Of a stretch of DNA of 50,838 bases, positions 7,630-16,727 are shown in pieces. The DNA lies in NCBI GenBank assembly GCA_043718505.1, contig JAYSVN010000023.1:1-50838 (forward strand), written 5' to 3'. Numbering within the stretch: the stretch's first letter is position 1; the number at the start of each line of letters is the position of its first letter. A program made the position numbers and the translations under genes. The DNA is from Minisyncoccota bacterium. Its GTDB lineage: Bacteria; Patescibacteriota; Minisyncoccia; Phycocordibacterales; UBA9973. The notes under the pieces are model-generated. The model made no database searches and had not been told where the DNA came from. It worked only from the letters and a program-made list of their open reading frames with translations.

Positions 7630-8193
7630 ATGAAGCAATATACATATGTTTTCGCAGGTGTGTTCGCTCTCTTATTAATAATCACAGGTGTTAAGGTTGT
7701 ACGGGCTGAACTACAGTCAATGTGTCCGGCAGATTGTCGCGTGTATGTATCAAGTAATGGTGATGTTTTATTGACACCATATACAACACAGTTGTCATTT
7801 AATGGTCAGACTTACTATAACCAGAACATGACTGAAAGTGCTCTCCAAAGTGTACTCAGGAAGCAGTGCAAGACTGGTTGTAAAGTTTATAAAGAAGAAA
7901 ACGGTAATGCGGTTTTGTCTTATAAGAGTGGGCCTTATAATTCCTCTGTTGTGAATATAAACCAGTCAATGTGCCCAACAGACTGCGCAACGTATGTTTC
8001 TCAAAATGGCGCCATTATTTTGGTTGATCTTGTTCACAACCTGGCGCTCAATGGCCAAGTTTATAATCATGTAAACCTCGATAATGCAGGGATAGCAGCC
8101 GTTATCCGTAACGAATGCGCTTCTAGCTGTCAGGTTTATAGAGGAGTAGACAACCAAGTAATTACAGATTACACAGTGGAAATCGAAAGCTAA
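7630..8193 (+). CDS. Secreted Cys-repeat protein, 187 aa, with an internally duplicated A-B-A-B arrangement of CxxxC-x-(V/T)Y units
   Basis: It has a signal-like N-terminus. The repeat units are MCPADCRVYVSSNGDVLL / CKTGCKVYKEENGNAVL / MCPTDCATYVSQNGAIIL / CASSCQVYRGVDNQVI. Confidence 0.65.
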   Translation: MKQYTYVFAGVFALLLIITGVKVVRAELQSMCPADCRVYVSSNGDVLLTPYTTQLSFNGQTYYNQNMTESALQSVLRKQCKTGCKVYKEENGNAVLSYKSGPYNSSVVNINQSMCPTDCATYVSQNGAIILVDLVHNLALNGQVYNHVNLDNAGIAAVIRNECASSCQVYRGVDNQVITDYTVEIES

Positions 8194-8217
8194 TAGTATA
8201 AAATATCCAAATTAAAT

Positions 8218-8242
8218 CCCCCGCTTTTAGTGCGGGGGTTTT
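8218..8242. terminator. Hairpin terminator between convergent genes
   Basis: cccccgc ttttagt gcggggg followed by tttt. Confidence 0.75.
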
Positions 8243-8522
8243 AGTTTACGTTCGATAATACAATTACTATTTTATTTCTGCTTATTATTTTATTATTGTA
8301 AGCAGTCTGTCTGTCTATTTTTTTTATTTCAAAACCGAGGAGTACTCCATGTGTACATAATGATATCCCCCCAATGATAACCATTTGAATAACAATATTA
8401 ATTACAATATTGAAGTAGGCACTGTCTAAGGAATGATCTTTTAATTGGTATCCTACCAAAGCACATAGTGAGAGACCAGATATCATAGAAATCCAGCCTG
8501 CCCAAAAGAAGAATTTTTTCAT
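8241..8522 (-). CDS. Small membrane protein, 93 aa, with two predicted TM helices
   Basis: Two hydrophobic stretches: FFFWAGWISMISGLSLCALVGY and IVINIVIQMVIIGGISLCTHGVLLGF. Confidence 0.5.
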   Translation of the reverse strand: MKKFFFWAGWISMISGLSLCALVGYQLKDHSLDSAYFNIVINIVIQMVIIGGISLCTHGVLLGFEIKKIDRQTAYNNKIISRNKIVIVLSNVN

Positions 8523-8602
8523 AGTGTTATTTTTCTATATTATATAACTATATTTTATAAATGTCAATTCTCTTCTTTAGTCGCCTGTTCTATACTTACC
8601 CC

Positions 8603-9091
8603 ATGAAAATCATCGGTATTGATCCTGGTTTTGATAGAAATGGAGTGGCTGTCGTTGAACGAACTGGCGCGAAAGATATTCTTATATACTCATTTCTTAT
8701 TCAAACGGATAGAAAAATGGAAATGTCAGAGCGTCTGGCTTCCCTCTTCACTCAATTTGAGCAAATTTTAAAAGATTATAAACCTGATCTCCTTATTATG
8801 GAGCAATTATTTTTGTCGAAGAATGCCAAGACGGTTATTGGTGTAGCTGAGGCACGCGGCGTGATTTTGGCGGCGGCCGGCAGAGCAAATATACCGACAA
8901 AGGAAATCGGCCCGCTTCAGGTAAAACAAGCCATCACCGGTTACGGCAAAGCTGAAAAATCGGCTGTGGCCATGATGGTGAGCAAGCTTATTGCACTTCC
9001 TGACCGCAAAATAATCGATGATGAGATCGATGCAATTGCTATTGCGCTGGCTGGTTGTGCTATATATGGCCGCGGGTTTTCCACAAAATAG
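8603..9091 (+). CDS. ruvC: Holliday junction resolvase RuvC. The start is moved to ATG 8603.
   Basis: MKIIGIDPGFDRNGVAV..., MEQLF, and DAIAIAL near the C-terminus. TATACT (8591-8596) lies exactly 6 nt upstream of ATG 8603. Confidence 0.88.
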   Translation: MKIIGIDPGFDRNGVAVVERTGAKDILIYSFLIQTDRKMEMSERLASLFTQFEQILKDYKPDLLIMEQLFLSKNAKTVIGVAEARGVILAAAGRANIPTKEIGPLQVKQAITGYGKAEKSAVAMMVSKLIALPDRKIIDDEIDAIAIALAGCAIYGRGFSTK

Positions 9092-9182
9092 CAGCTTGGC
9101 GCTTGCTAAAAAAAACACAATTTGATACAACTATTTCTGTCCACAATTTAAAAATAGTTCTGGGTAAAACCTTTTTGCGAAA

Positions 9183-9359
9183 ATGTACAACGATGATGAT
9201 AAAATATTCCCTCTCGTAGAGGAGGATGAGGCCACTGACTTTGATGGTGATGCTTTTCCGGGTCTCGAAGATGATCTTTTGGATGAAGACGAGGTTCTTG
9301 CTGTTGTTCCGGGTGAAGCCGAAGAGTCGGTTGAGATAGAATTAGAAGAAGGATTATAA
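9183..9359 (+). CDS. Small, highly acidic protein, 58 aa. It falls below the ORF-track length cut-off.
   Basis: My translation is MYNDDDKIFPLVEEDEATDFDGDAFPGLEDDLLDEDEVLAVVPGEAEESVEIELEEGL*. A strong terminator follows immediately. Confidence 0.5.
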   Translation: MYNDDDKIFPLVEEDEATDFDGDAFPGLEDDLLDEDEVLAVVPGEAEESVEIELEEGL

Positions 9360-9381
9360 AACGCCCCGTCGGGGCGTTTTA
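9358..9381. terminator. Bidirectional rho-independent terminator for the small acidic ORF and tyrS
   Basis: aaa acgcccc gtc ggggcgt tttt. Confidence 0.8.
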
Positions 9382-9436
9382 TTCTACATACTTTTTACTT
9401 TTTTATATTTAATTTTATTTTTCTTTTAACTCTTCA

Positions 9437-10780
9437 TTAGACAATTTTTATGAAACGGCGCTTGCCTATTTTATACGTTCCCGCTTCCGCCTCGGTGAAC
9501 TGATCAGTGATTGTACTTTCGGTAGTAAGGTTATGAACGCCTCCTTGTTCAACAAGCCGGCGAAATTCACTTTTTGATTCAATAATTCCTGCGCGAACAA
9601 GTAAATCGCTTAGTTTTTCATTTTCACCTGATTCATTTTTTTCAGTAGTAATTTCTTCGATATCGGCCGGAATTTCTTTTTTCTGGAAAGTATTAATAAA
9701 AACTTCTTCGGCTGCACTGGCTGCGTCTTCGCTGTGATACATTTTTATAATTTCTCTGGCGAGGCACATTTTTGCGTCACGAGGATTGATTTCATTATTA
9801 TTTATTTGTGTTTCAATCTCTTTGATTTCTTCTGTTGCCAAATCGGTGCAAAGCTCAAGGTATTCAACAATGACACTGTCAGGGATAGACATAACTTTGC
9901 CATACATATCTGTCGGTTCGTCCGTAATAGCAATGTAGTTATCAAGACTTTTAGACATTTTTTCTTTACCATCTAGTCCTGGGAGAATTTTGAAAACCAA
10001 AACTGATTGCTGGTCTTGCTGGCTAACTTTCATAATATTTCTTCCCATCAGCATGTTGAATGTTTGGTCTGTTCCGCCAACTTCCAGATCACAGGAACCA
10101 TAAATTTTGGCTATTGCGGAAGAATCAATACCCTGCAAAACAGGATACATCATTTCATGCATGTATAATTCTCTGCCTTCTTTAATACGCTCCTGGAACA
10201 TATCCCTTTCAATCAATTGGGCAAATGTAATTTTTCTTAAAATGGACAAGAAGTTAATTAAAGAAACAGATTCAATTCCCTGTTTGTTATCTTTCCTGGT
10301 AACGCTTAGTTGTTTCCTTGTACTTGTATACCTCTCTAATTTTTCACCAATATCCTGTCCGAAAATATCAAAAGGGGCTATGTACCAGTCAGAATTTGTA
10401 ATCCAGTCAAATACTTTTGTATCGGTCGATAAAATTTTTCCAACCTGGTCTTTAAATGTTTCCATATTGTCCTCTATTTCTTTTATACTTATTTCCGGCC
10501 TGACTTTCGTTCTACCTGTCGGATCTCCAATTTGAGCAGTTAAATCTCCGATAAGAAAAATTACTTTGCATCCTAGATCTTGGAGCTGTCGTAGTTTCCT
10601 TAAAACAACAGCGTGTCCCAGGTGAATATCCGGACGCGTCGGATCAACTCCAAATTTAATAACAATTTTATCCGGATTATTGATTAATTTTTCTTTAAAT
10701 TTTCCTTCCGGATCAATAAATTCACTCACACCGCGGGAGAGCAATTCATCTAAATCAGTCTTCATACTTTTTTCTTTCAT
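9437..10780 (-). CDS. tyrS: Tyrosyl-tRNA synthetase with a C-terminal S4-like domain
   Basis: HIGH-type motif DIHLGH, KMSKS, GGTDQTFNMLMGR, and a C-terminal LLVRAGIIESKSEFRRLVEQGGV. Confidence 0.88.
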   Translation of the reverse strand: MKEKSMKTDLDELLSRGVSEFIDPEGKFKEKLINNPDKIVIKFGVDPTRPDIHLGHAVVLRKLRQLQDLGCKVIFLIGDLTAQIGDPTGRTKVRPEISIKEIEDNMETFKDQVGKILSTDTKVFDWITNSDWYIAPFDIFGQDIGEKLERYTSTRKQLSVTRKDNKQGIESVSLINFLSILRKITFAQLIERDMFQERIKEGRELYMHEMMYPVLQGIDSSAIAKIYGSCDLEVGGTDQTFNMLMGRNIMKVSQQDQQSVLVFKILPGLDGKEKMSKSLDNYIAITDEPTDMYGKVMSIPDSVIVEYLELCTDLATEEIKEIETQINNNEINPRDAKMCLAREIIKMYHSEDAASAAEEVFINTFQKKEIPADIEEITTEKNESGENEKLSDLLVRAGIIESKSEFRRLVEQGGVHNLTTESTITDQFTEAEAGTYKIGKRRFIKIV

Positions 10781-10852
10781 TGGGTCAAATGTAACACAAA
10801 AAGCCCTGTTTCGTCATCTCTAACACAGCACTCCCGTGTTAGTATATACACT

Positions 10853-13381
10853 ATGAAGAAGAAACATTTACTGCCACGATTGGCGCGAAATATTATTTTT
10901 TTTATCCTTGGTCTTGGCTTTCTGGTAGTCGGCTTTTTATTTATCTGGATAGGTACTGCCAAAATTCCTGATTTTCACTCAATTAATGACCGCAAAATTC
11001 TCAATTCAACTAAAATCTATGACCGTACCGGCGAAACCCTCCTCTACGACCTCCACCAGGATGTTAAGCGCACTGTTATTCCTTTTAATACCATGGGCGA
11101 CAATATTAAGAATGCGACTATCGCTATTGAAGACAAAGATTTTTACACTCACCAGGGTATTCGTGTAAGTTCTATTATTCGGGCATTTTACGCCAATATC
11201 ATCAAGGGCCAATCACAGGGTGGTTCAACAATTACTCAACAAGTTATAAAGAATTCATTACTCACTAAAGACAAGAGCTTAACCAGAAAATTTAAGGAAT
11301 GGATTTTGTCGATCAAGATTGATCGAAGTTTGCCGAAGGATGAAATTTTGGCTATTTACCTCAATGAAAATCCGTACGGCGGTACAATCTATGGCATTCA
11401 GGAAGCTTCTCAGGCTTACTTCAAAAAAAATCCTTCTGACCTGACCGTCGCTGAAGCTGCTTATCTTGCCGCTATTCCTCAGGCACCAACAACATACTCA
11501 CCATACGGTAAAAATAAAAACCGGCTTGATGCCCGCAAAAATCTTGTCCTCTCGCGCATGCACAATCTTGGATATTTAGATGATGAAGGATATGAGAAAT
11601 CTAAAAATGAACCGGTTGCTTTTGTTCCACAAGAAGCTGTTGGCATCAAAGCTCCTCATTTTGTTTTTTATGTTCGTGATTACCTTTTAAATAAATATGG
11701 TGAAGACACGGTTTATACCGGCGGACTAAAAGTAATTACGACACTCGACTGGGATTTACAGCAAACCGGTGAAAAAGTTGTTAAAGAAAATGCCGAGAAA
11801 AGTGATAAAGCTTACAAGGCCGGAAATGCCGGTCTTGTGGCTATTGATCCAAAGACCGGACAGATTTTAACTATGGTCGGCAGTCGTGATTATTTTGGTA
11901 AACCACTTCCTGAAGGTTGTACTCCCGGTGTAGACTGTCGATTTGATCCAAATTTTAATGCTTCTACAGCACCAAGGCAACCTGGGTCTTCATTTAAACC
12001 ATTTGCTTACGTGACCGCATTTGCAAAAGGTTTTCTCCCTGAAACTGTCATCTTTGATGTGCCGACTGAATTTTCAACTTCTTGTGCAAATAATAAAAGT
12101 TCTTGTTACAACCCCGACAACTTTGATAATTTATTTAAGGGGCCGATTTCTCTGCGGGCTGCCCTCGCTGAATCGCGCAACGTTCCTTCGGTTAAAACAC
12201 TTTATTTGGCTGGTCTCGACGATACACTTAAACTTGCCAAAGATTCAGGTATTCGTTCTCTTGGTGAAGCAAAAACATATGGCCTCACTCTTGTTCTCGG
12301 GGGTGGTGAAGTTAAACTTGTTGATATAACAAGTGCATATGGTGTTTTTGCAAACCAGGGAATAAGAGTTCCGCCAACACCAGTTCTCACTATTACGGAC
12401 AAAGACGGCAAAACAATTGAAGAATATAAAGCAGAAGAAACTATTGTTATTCCTAAAAATGCCACGCTTCAACTTTCAAGTGTTCTCTCTGATAACGCGG
12501 CCAGAACCCCGACATTCGGCGCCAATTCTCCCCTCCACTTCCCTGGACGTGATGTAGCCGCAAAAACTGGTACCACAAACGATAACCGCGATGCCTGGCT
12601 CGTTGGGTATACTCCATCTATCACTGTTGGTGTCTGGTCAGGAAATAATGATAATTCCAAAATGTTAAAGGGTGGCTCGGCTATTGCCGGACCAATTTGG
12701 CACGCCTTTATGGCCGAAGCATTAAAGACATTGCCTAATGAACAATTTGAGGAACCAGACCAGCCGGCAAATTACAATCAGATCAAACCAATTATCCGCG
12801 GTAAGTGGCAAGGTAATAGTAGCTACTTTATTGATACTATTTCCGGTGGTTCAGCCACAGAATTTACTCCGGAAGAAACCAAAAAAGAAGTTGTGGTTAC
12901 TAATGTCCATAGCATTCTCTATTGGGTAGACAGAGACGACCCGCTTGGTCCACCACCCGCCAATCCGGAAGATGATCCTCAATTTCGTTTATGGGAATCC
13001 GGAGTTTTGGCTTGGGCAGCTAGTAATGGTGGTTCTATTCCTTACTCTTCCAGTACACCGCCAAATAATACTGATACTGTTCATACCGGACAAGGTGGTC
13101 CGACTATTCAGATTACAAGTCCAATGGGTGGCAGTGTATATAGTGCCAATAGTTCCGTACCTATAAATATTTCTGCTAGTGGTCCATATCCAATAACCAA
13201 AGTTGAATACTATGTAAACAATGTATATGTCGGAACATCTCAATTTGCTCCATTTGCACTTAGTTTTACTCCTTCGACAGTAAACGGAATTGATTCAACT
13301 AATCAGCTCAAAGCCGTAGCGACTGATAGTGTCTTTAATAAAAAAACAACAACGGTTCAATTTAGTGTTAGTGGTCTTTAA
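10853..13381 (+). CDS. Class A penicillin-binding protein (GT51 glycosyltransferase plus transpeptidase) with a C-terminal Ig-like domain
   Basis: It has an N-terminal TM segment. GT51 motifs are EDKDFYTHQGI and GGSTITQQ. Transpeptidase motifs are SSFKPF (SxxK), SRN and KTGTT. Confidence 0.9.
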   Translation: MKKKHLLPRLARNIIFFILGLGFLVVGFLFIWIGTAKIPDFHSINDRKILNSTKIYDRTGETLLYDLHQDVKRTVIPFNTMGDNIKNATIAIEDKDFYTHQGIRVSSIIRAFYANIIKGQSQGGSTITQQVIKNSLLTKDKSLTRKFKEWILSIKIDRSLPKDEILAIYLNENPYGGTIYGIQEASQAYFKKNPSDLTVAEAAYLAAIPQAPTTYSPYGKNKNRLDARKNLVLSRMHNLGYLDDEGYEKSKNEPVAFVPQEAVGIKAPHFVFYVRDYLLNKYGEDTVYTGGLKVITTLDWDLQQTGEKVVKENAEKSDKAYKAGNAGLVAIDPKTGQILTMVGSRDYFGKPLPEGCTPGVDCRFDPNFNASTAPRQPGSSFKPFAYVTAFAKGFLPETVIFDVPTEFSTSCANNKSSCYNPDNFDNLFKGPISLRAALAESRNVPSVKTLYLAGLDDTLKLAKDSGIRSLGEAKTYGLTLVLGGGEVKLVDITSAYGVFANQGIRVPPTPVLTITDKDGKTIEEYKAEETIVIPKNATLQLSSVLSDNAARTPTFGANSPLHFPGRDVAAKTGTTNDNRDAWLVGYTPSITVGVWSGNNDNSKMLKGGSAIAGPIWHAFMAEALKTLPNEQFEEPDQPANYNQIKPIIRGKWQGNSSYFIDTISGGSATEFTPEETKKEVVVTNVHSILYWVDRDDPLGPPPANPEDDPQFRLWESGVLAWAASNGGSIPYSSSTPPNNTDTVHTGQGGPTIQITSPMGGSVYSANSSVPINISASGPYPITKVEYYVNNVYVGTSQFAPFALSFTPSTVNGIDSTNQLKAVATDSVFNKKTTTVQFSVSGL

Positions 13382-13383
13382 TT

Positions 13384-13635
13384 TTATCTAATTTCTGTAA
13401 CAGAAATTCCGGCGCCCTGTAAAAGGCGCTGTATTTCTTTTGATTTAAGTCTGATCTCTTGTTTTTTGGCGCCGCTTACTTTAATAGAAAGCACAGTATC
13501 ACGGATAGAAATTGAATCTTTTTTTACGTCTTCTTTGAGAAATTTTTTGAGAATAATTGAAATAACTTCTTTTTCATCATACGATTTCATAATTCTTTTT
13601 CTTATTTCGTCTCCGTATGTTGAGAAAGGGTTCAT
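13384..13635 (-). CDS. Small protein, 83 aa, downstream of dnaN. It may be DUF721/DciA-like.
   Basis: The position is immediately after dnaN. The C-terminal pattern ISIRDTVLSIKVSGAKKQEIRLKSKEIQRLL resembles the DUF721 core, recalled from memory only. Confidence 0.35.
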   Translation of the reverse strand: MNPFSTYGDEIRKRIMKSYDEKEVISIILKKFLKEDVKKDSISIRDTVLSIKVSGAKKQEIRLKSKEIQRLLQGAGISVTEIR

Positions 13636-13669
13636 ATATTTTAATTAAATTTAAAATTTTTTTAAAATT

Positions 13670-14764
13670 TTATCTATTCATCGGCATCATGAGGTAAAGA
13701 AAGCCGCCTTCACCCACCCCGCGAACAACAATTGGTTTCATTTCGCTACATTCGATAGAAATACTGTCACTACCGATAACATTGAGGACTTCGGACAAAT
13801 AACGGTAATTTACAAGCACTTCAATAGGATTACCCTTTAAAGCCCCTGTTAAAACTGTTTTTTGTTCGCCAACATCACTGTTTTTTGAAGATAAAGAAAA
13901 CATTTTCTGGCTTGGATCAAGATTGAGAATAATTTGATTAAATTTTCCGGAAAAAACATTTGAAAGTCTGAGGGCCTGTACGAGGTCGCCCTTTAGCACC
14001 ACAGCCTCGGTTGTGTGGTCTTTCGGGATAATCTGCCTGTAATCAGGGAAAATGCCGCTGACGAGCCGGCTGGTGACGTAAAAGCCACCTGAGGTGAAGG
14101 ACACCTGGTGTTCTGAAACCGTAACTGTCATATCTTCTCCCCCGGCTTCAAAAGTTCTAACTATATCAACAACATTTTTAAGCGGAATTAAAATAGCCGG
14201 CATATCGATTGGGTTTTTCATTTTTATTTTCTTTTCAGCCAGGCGAAATGAATCTGTTGAAACAAAAACCATTTCACTTTCGTCTATGTAGACATATACA
14301 GCTGCAATCTCCGGTTTTATATCAGACACCGATCCGGCAAACATCACCGAACGAAAGCCGTCGAGTAGTTTTTCTGTCGGTATAGTAAAACTAATACCGG
14401 TTACGGTTGGTAGAGTTGGAAAATCATCATAAGAAACACATTTTATAAGGGCATTGCTGGTTTTTGATGTTAGGCGAATATTATCATTTTCAGTCGTGAT
14501 AGCGGTTGAACCATTTGAGAGAGTATTTGCCAGAAAATTACTGAGAATTGCACCTGTTACAGCCACGATACCCTCCTCTTCAATCTTTGCCGGTATTTCA
14601 ATTTCAATACCAAGGCTTAGGTTTGTAGCACGGACCTTGAGTGATTTACCGGAGGCAACCAAAAGAATAGATGAAAGAGCAGGGAGAGCGACATTCTTAC
14701 CTGTTATTCGATCAGCAACATTGATAATATTTTTTAGGTTTTCGTTTATGCACTCCAGTTTCAT
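13670..14764 (-). CDS. dnaN: DNA polymerase III beta sliding clamp
   Basis: The length is 364 aa, with three-domain clamp-like sequence. It lies directly downstream of dnaA and ends in LMMPMNR. Confidence 0.9.
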   Translation of the reverse strand: MKLECINENLKNIINVADRITGKNVALPALSSILLVASGKSLKVRATNLSLGIEIEIPAKIEEEGIVAVTGAILSNFLANTLSNGSTAITTENDNIRLTSKTSNALIKCVSYDDFPTLPTVTGISFTIPTEKLLDGFRSVMFAGSVSDIKPEIAAVYVYIDESEMVFVSTDSFRLAEKKIKMKNPIDMPAILIPLKNVVDIVRTFEAGGEDMTVTVSEHQVSFTSGGFYVTSRLVSGIFPDYRQIIPKDHTTEAVVLKGDLVQALRLSNVFSGKFNQIILNLDPSQKMFSLSSKNSDVGEQKTVLTGALKGNPIEVLVNYRYLSEVLNVIGSDSISIECSEMKPIVVRGVGEGGFLYLMMPMNR

Positions 14765-14986
14765 AATTTATTGTATATAGAATCTATTATTACTATTATC
14801 GCTGTGGATATGTGGATTACTTTTTCAGCCTTTATTTTTCAGTATATTTTTTATGTTCGGTTTTTCACACTTGGGGATAACTTATTTTATTTTTCATGTA
14901 ACTTTTATTTAAAAAAGTTATTCTTTTTCAGTTCACAGTTTATTTTTCACTTATCAGATTCTTTTTCAACACTTATCCACCGACTT
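14765..14986. other. oriC candidate, dnaA-dnaN sub-region: four 8/9 DnaA boxes plus AT-rich repeats that may act as the unwinding element
   Basis: The boxes are tgtggatat 14803-14811, tgtggatta 14811-14819, tggggataa 14872-14880 and ttatccacc 14973-14981. The 11-mer TTTATTTTTCA occurs at 14831, 14886 and 14939. Additional TTTTTCA copies are present. Confidence 0.6.
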
Positions 14987-16348
14987 CTACACAGATTTAA
15001 ATAAAATTCTAATCTGTTCTACTTCATCAACCAGTGTCTGATCCACTTTTAAATCATTCCTAATCTTCAAATGAGAGTGAATAACAGTCGTATGGTCTTT
15101 ACCCCCGAGCTTTTGACCGATGAGAGGATAGGAAACATTAAAGTCTTCACGCAGAACATACATAATCACCTGCCTGGCCTTCACAATTTCCTTCCGGCGG
15201 GTTTTTTCATAGACAGTAGCCTCTTCAAGATTATAAAAATCAGTAATAATTTTCACAATATCTTTTACTGAGACGTTTTTCTTTGGCTTTACACTATTTT
15301 TGATGAGATTTTTAATTTCATTAATAGAAAGTGGTTTCTGTTTGAGTTGGGTTTGAATGATTATTGTGTTCAGTACGCCCTCTAATTCGCGGATATTTCC
15401 CTGTATAGCGGTTGCGATGAAAGAAAGTACCTCATCGGTAATTTCTATACCCAGTTGACGGCTCTTGGCTTTCAAAATAGCAACACGAGATTCATAGTCA
15501 GGATCAATAATGTCGACAATCATGCCGGCCGCAAAGCGCGATTTGAGGCGATCTTCGAGACCAGGGATGAAATTAGGATGTTTATCAGAAGAAAAGATAA
15601 TTTGTTTATTGTGATCGTAGAATGTATTAAAGAGATGGAAGAGCTCTTCCTGAGTCTTTTCCATTTTACCGATGAATTGAATGTCGTCGATCACAATACA
15701 GTCGTATTTTCGGTATTTCTCCTTAAATTGGAATGGATTTGATTTACTATTCCCTTGAAGTGAGTTGATATAGTCATTGGCAAATTTCTCGAGAGTAATA
15801 TAGTGAACTTTTTTCTCCGGATACTTTTCTTTAATAGCATTTCCTGTTGCTTGAATGAGGTGAGTCTTTCCAAGACCAGTACTACCATAGATAAAAAATG
15901 GATTATAAAGGACACCGGGCTTATTTATAATTGCCTGACCTGCTGCATAGGCAAGTTCATTAAATGAACCGACGATAAATGTATCGAAAGTATAGCGTGG
16001 ATTTAAATTATCTTCTTTGTTTATGTAGAGATCTTTAAGAGGTAGTTCCCTCGAAGGTAAAAGGTGAACCGGACTTTCATCTTTGGTGCGGTTGTGATCA
16101 AAACGAGTAATAGTATATTCAACACCACGAACATTCTCTGAATAATTCATGAGAACCTTTAAAATAAGCTTGTGATATTTAGTCACCAGCCATTCCTTCA
16201 CAAATTCATTTGGTACACCAACAAAAATAGTTCCCGAGTCTTCTTTTGCAATATGAGTATTTTTAAACCATGTACTAAAGTTTGCTTTTGAAACATTGGT
16301 CTCAATCTCTTGTAAGCAGCTATTCCAAATTTCTCTAGTATCGAGCAT
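14987..16348 (-). CDS. dnaA: Chromosomal replication initiator DnaA
   Basis: Walker A GSTGLGKTHL, Walker B IVIDDIQF, and a domain IV motif KDHTTVIHS. TATAAT (16355-16360) lies exactly 6 nt upstream of the ATG. Confidence 0.95.
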   Translation of the reverse strand: MLDTREIWNSCLQEIETNVSKANFSTWFKNTHIAKEDSGTIFVGVPNEFVKEWLVTKYHKLILKVLMNYSENVRGVEYTITRFDHNRTKDESPVHLLPSRELPLKDLYINKEDNLNPRYTFDTFIVGSFNELAYAAGQAIINKPGVLYNPFFIYGSTGLGKTHLIQATGNAIKEKYPEKKVHYITLEKFANDYINSLQGNSKSNPFQFKEKYRKYDCIVIDDIQFIGKMEKTQEELFHLFNTFYDHNKQIIFSSDKHPNFIPGLEDRLKSRFAAGMIVDIIDPDYESRVAILKAKSRQLGIEITDEVLSFIATAIQGNIRELEGVLNTIIIQTQLKQKPLSINEIKNLIKNSVKPKKNVSVKDIVKIITDFYNLEEATVYEKTRRKEIVKARQVIMYVLREDFNVSYPLIGQKLGGKDHTTVIHSHLKIRNDLKVDQTLVDEVEQIRILFKSV

Positions 16349-16576
16349 GGCACCATTATAGGCTTATTGAAGACATGTGCAAACCTTGATTTTTTTATGA
16401 AGTAATGTGGATAACTTGTTGAAAAGTCCTGAAAATCCTTATTGTGTATGGCTCAAACGAATCCACACATATTTTCCAATAATTGGAAGCAAAAAAGTAT
16501 AAACAAATTATGAAGTAATAATCAAATTTGTCTAAATATTGTCTAAATTGATTCAGTAGTGTATAGTGGGTCGCAT
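16349..16576. other. oriC candidate, dnaA-rpmH sub-region, also holding the divergent dnaA and rpmH promoters
   Basis: A perfect DnaA box tgtggataa lies at 16406-16414 and a degenerate gaatccaca at 16459-16467. The 12-nt direct repeat ttatgaagtaat occurs at 16395 and 16508. The tandem ttgtctaaat a ttgtctaaat spans 16528-16548. The rpmH promoter reads TTGTCT-17-TATAGT. Confidence 0.55.
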
Positions 16577-16726
16577 ATGTCACAAACATACAAGCCAAAG
16601 AAGCGAAAAAGAGCCACAACACACGGCTTTCTTGTTCGTGGCAAGTCTAAAAACGGTAAAAAAGTACTCATTCGCCGCCGCCGCAAGGGCCGAAAAGCGC
16701 TCACGGTCTCCAGCCACAAAAAATAG
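16577..16726 (+). CDS. rpmH: 50S ribosomal protein L34. It is absent from the ORF track because it is 49 aa and is overlapped by a spurious longer frame.
   Basis: My translation is [49 protein letters not shown]. It sits in the classic position upstream of rnpA. Confidence 0.92.
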   Translation: MSQTYKPKKRKRATTHGFLVRGKSKNGKKVLIRRRRKGRKALTVSSHKK

Positions 16727-16727
16727 T

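Noticed and set aside
14771-15004. 77-aa plus-strand ORF
   Set aside because: It lies in the AT-rich dnaA-dnaN spacer, which is full of DnaA boxes and TTTTTCA repeats. It has an F/I/L/Y-rich nonsense composition and overlaps the dnaA 3' end.
16395-16622. 75-aa minus-strand ORF
   Set aside because: It spans the dnaA-rpmH spacer and runs antisense to rpmH. It is incompatible with the promoter and DnaA-box interpretation.
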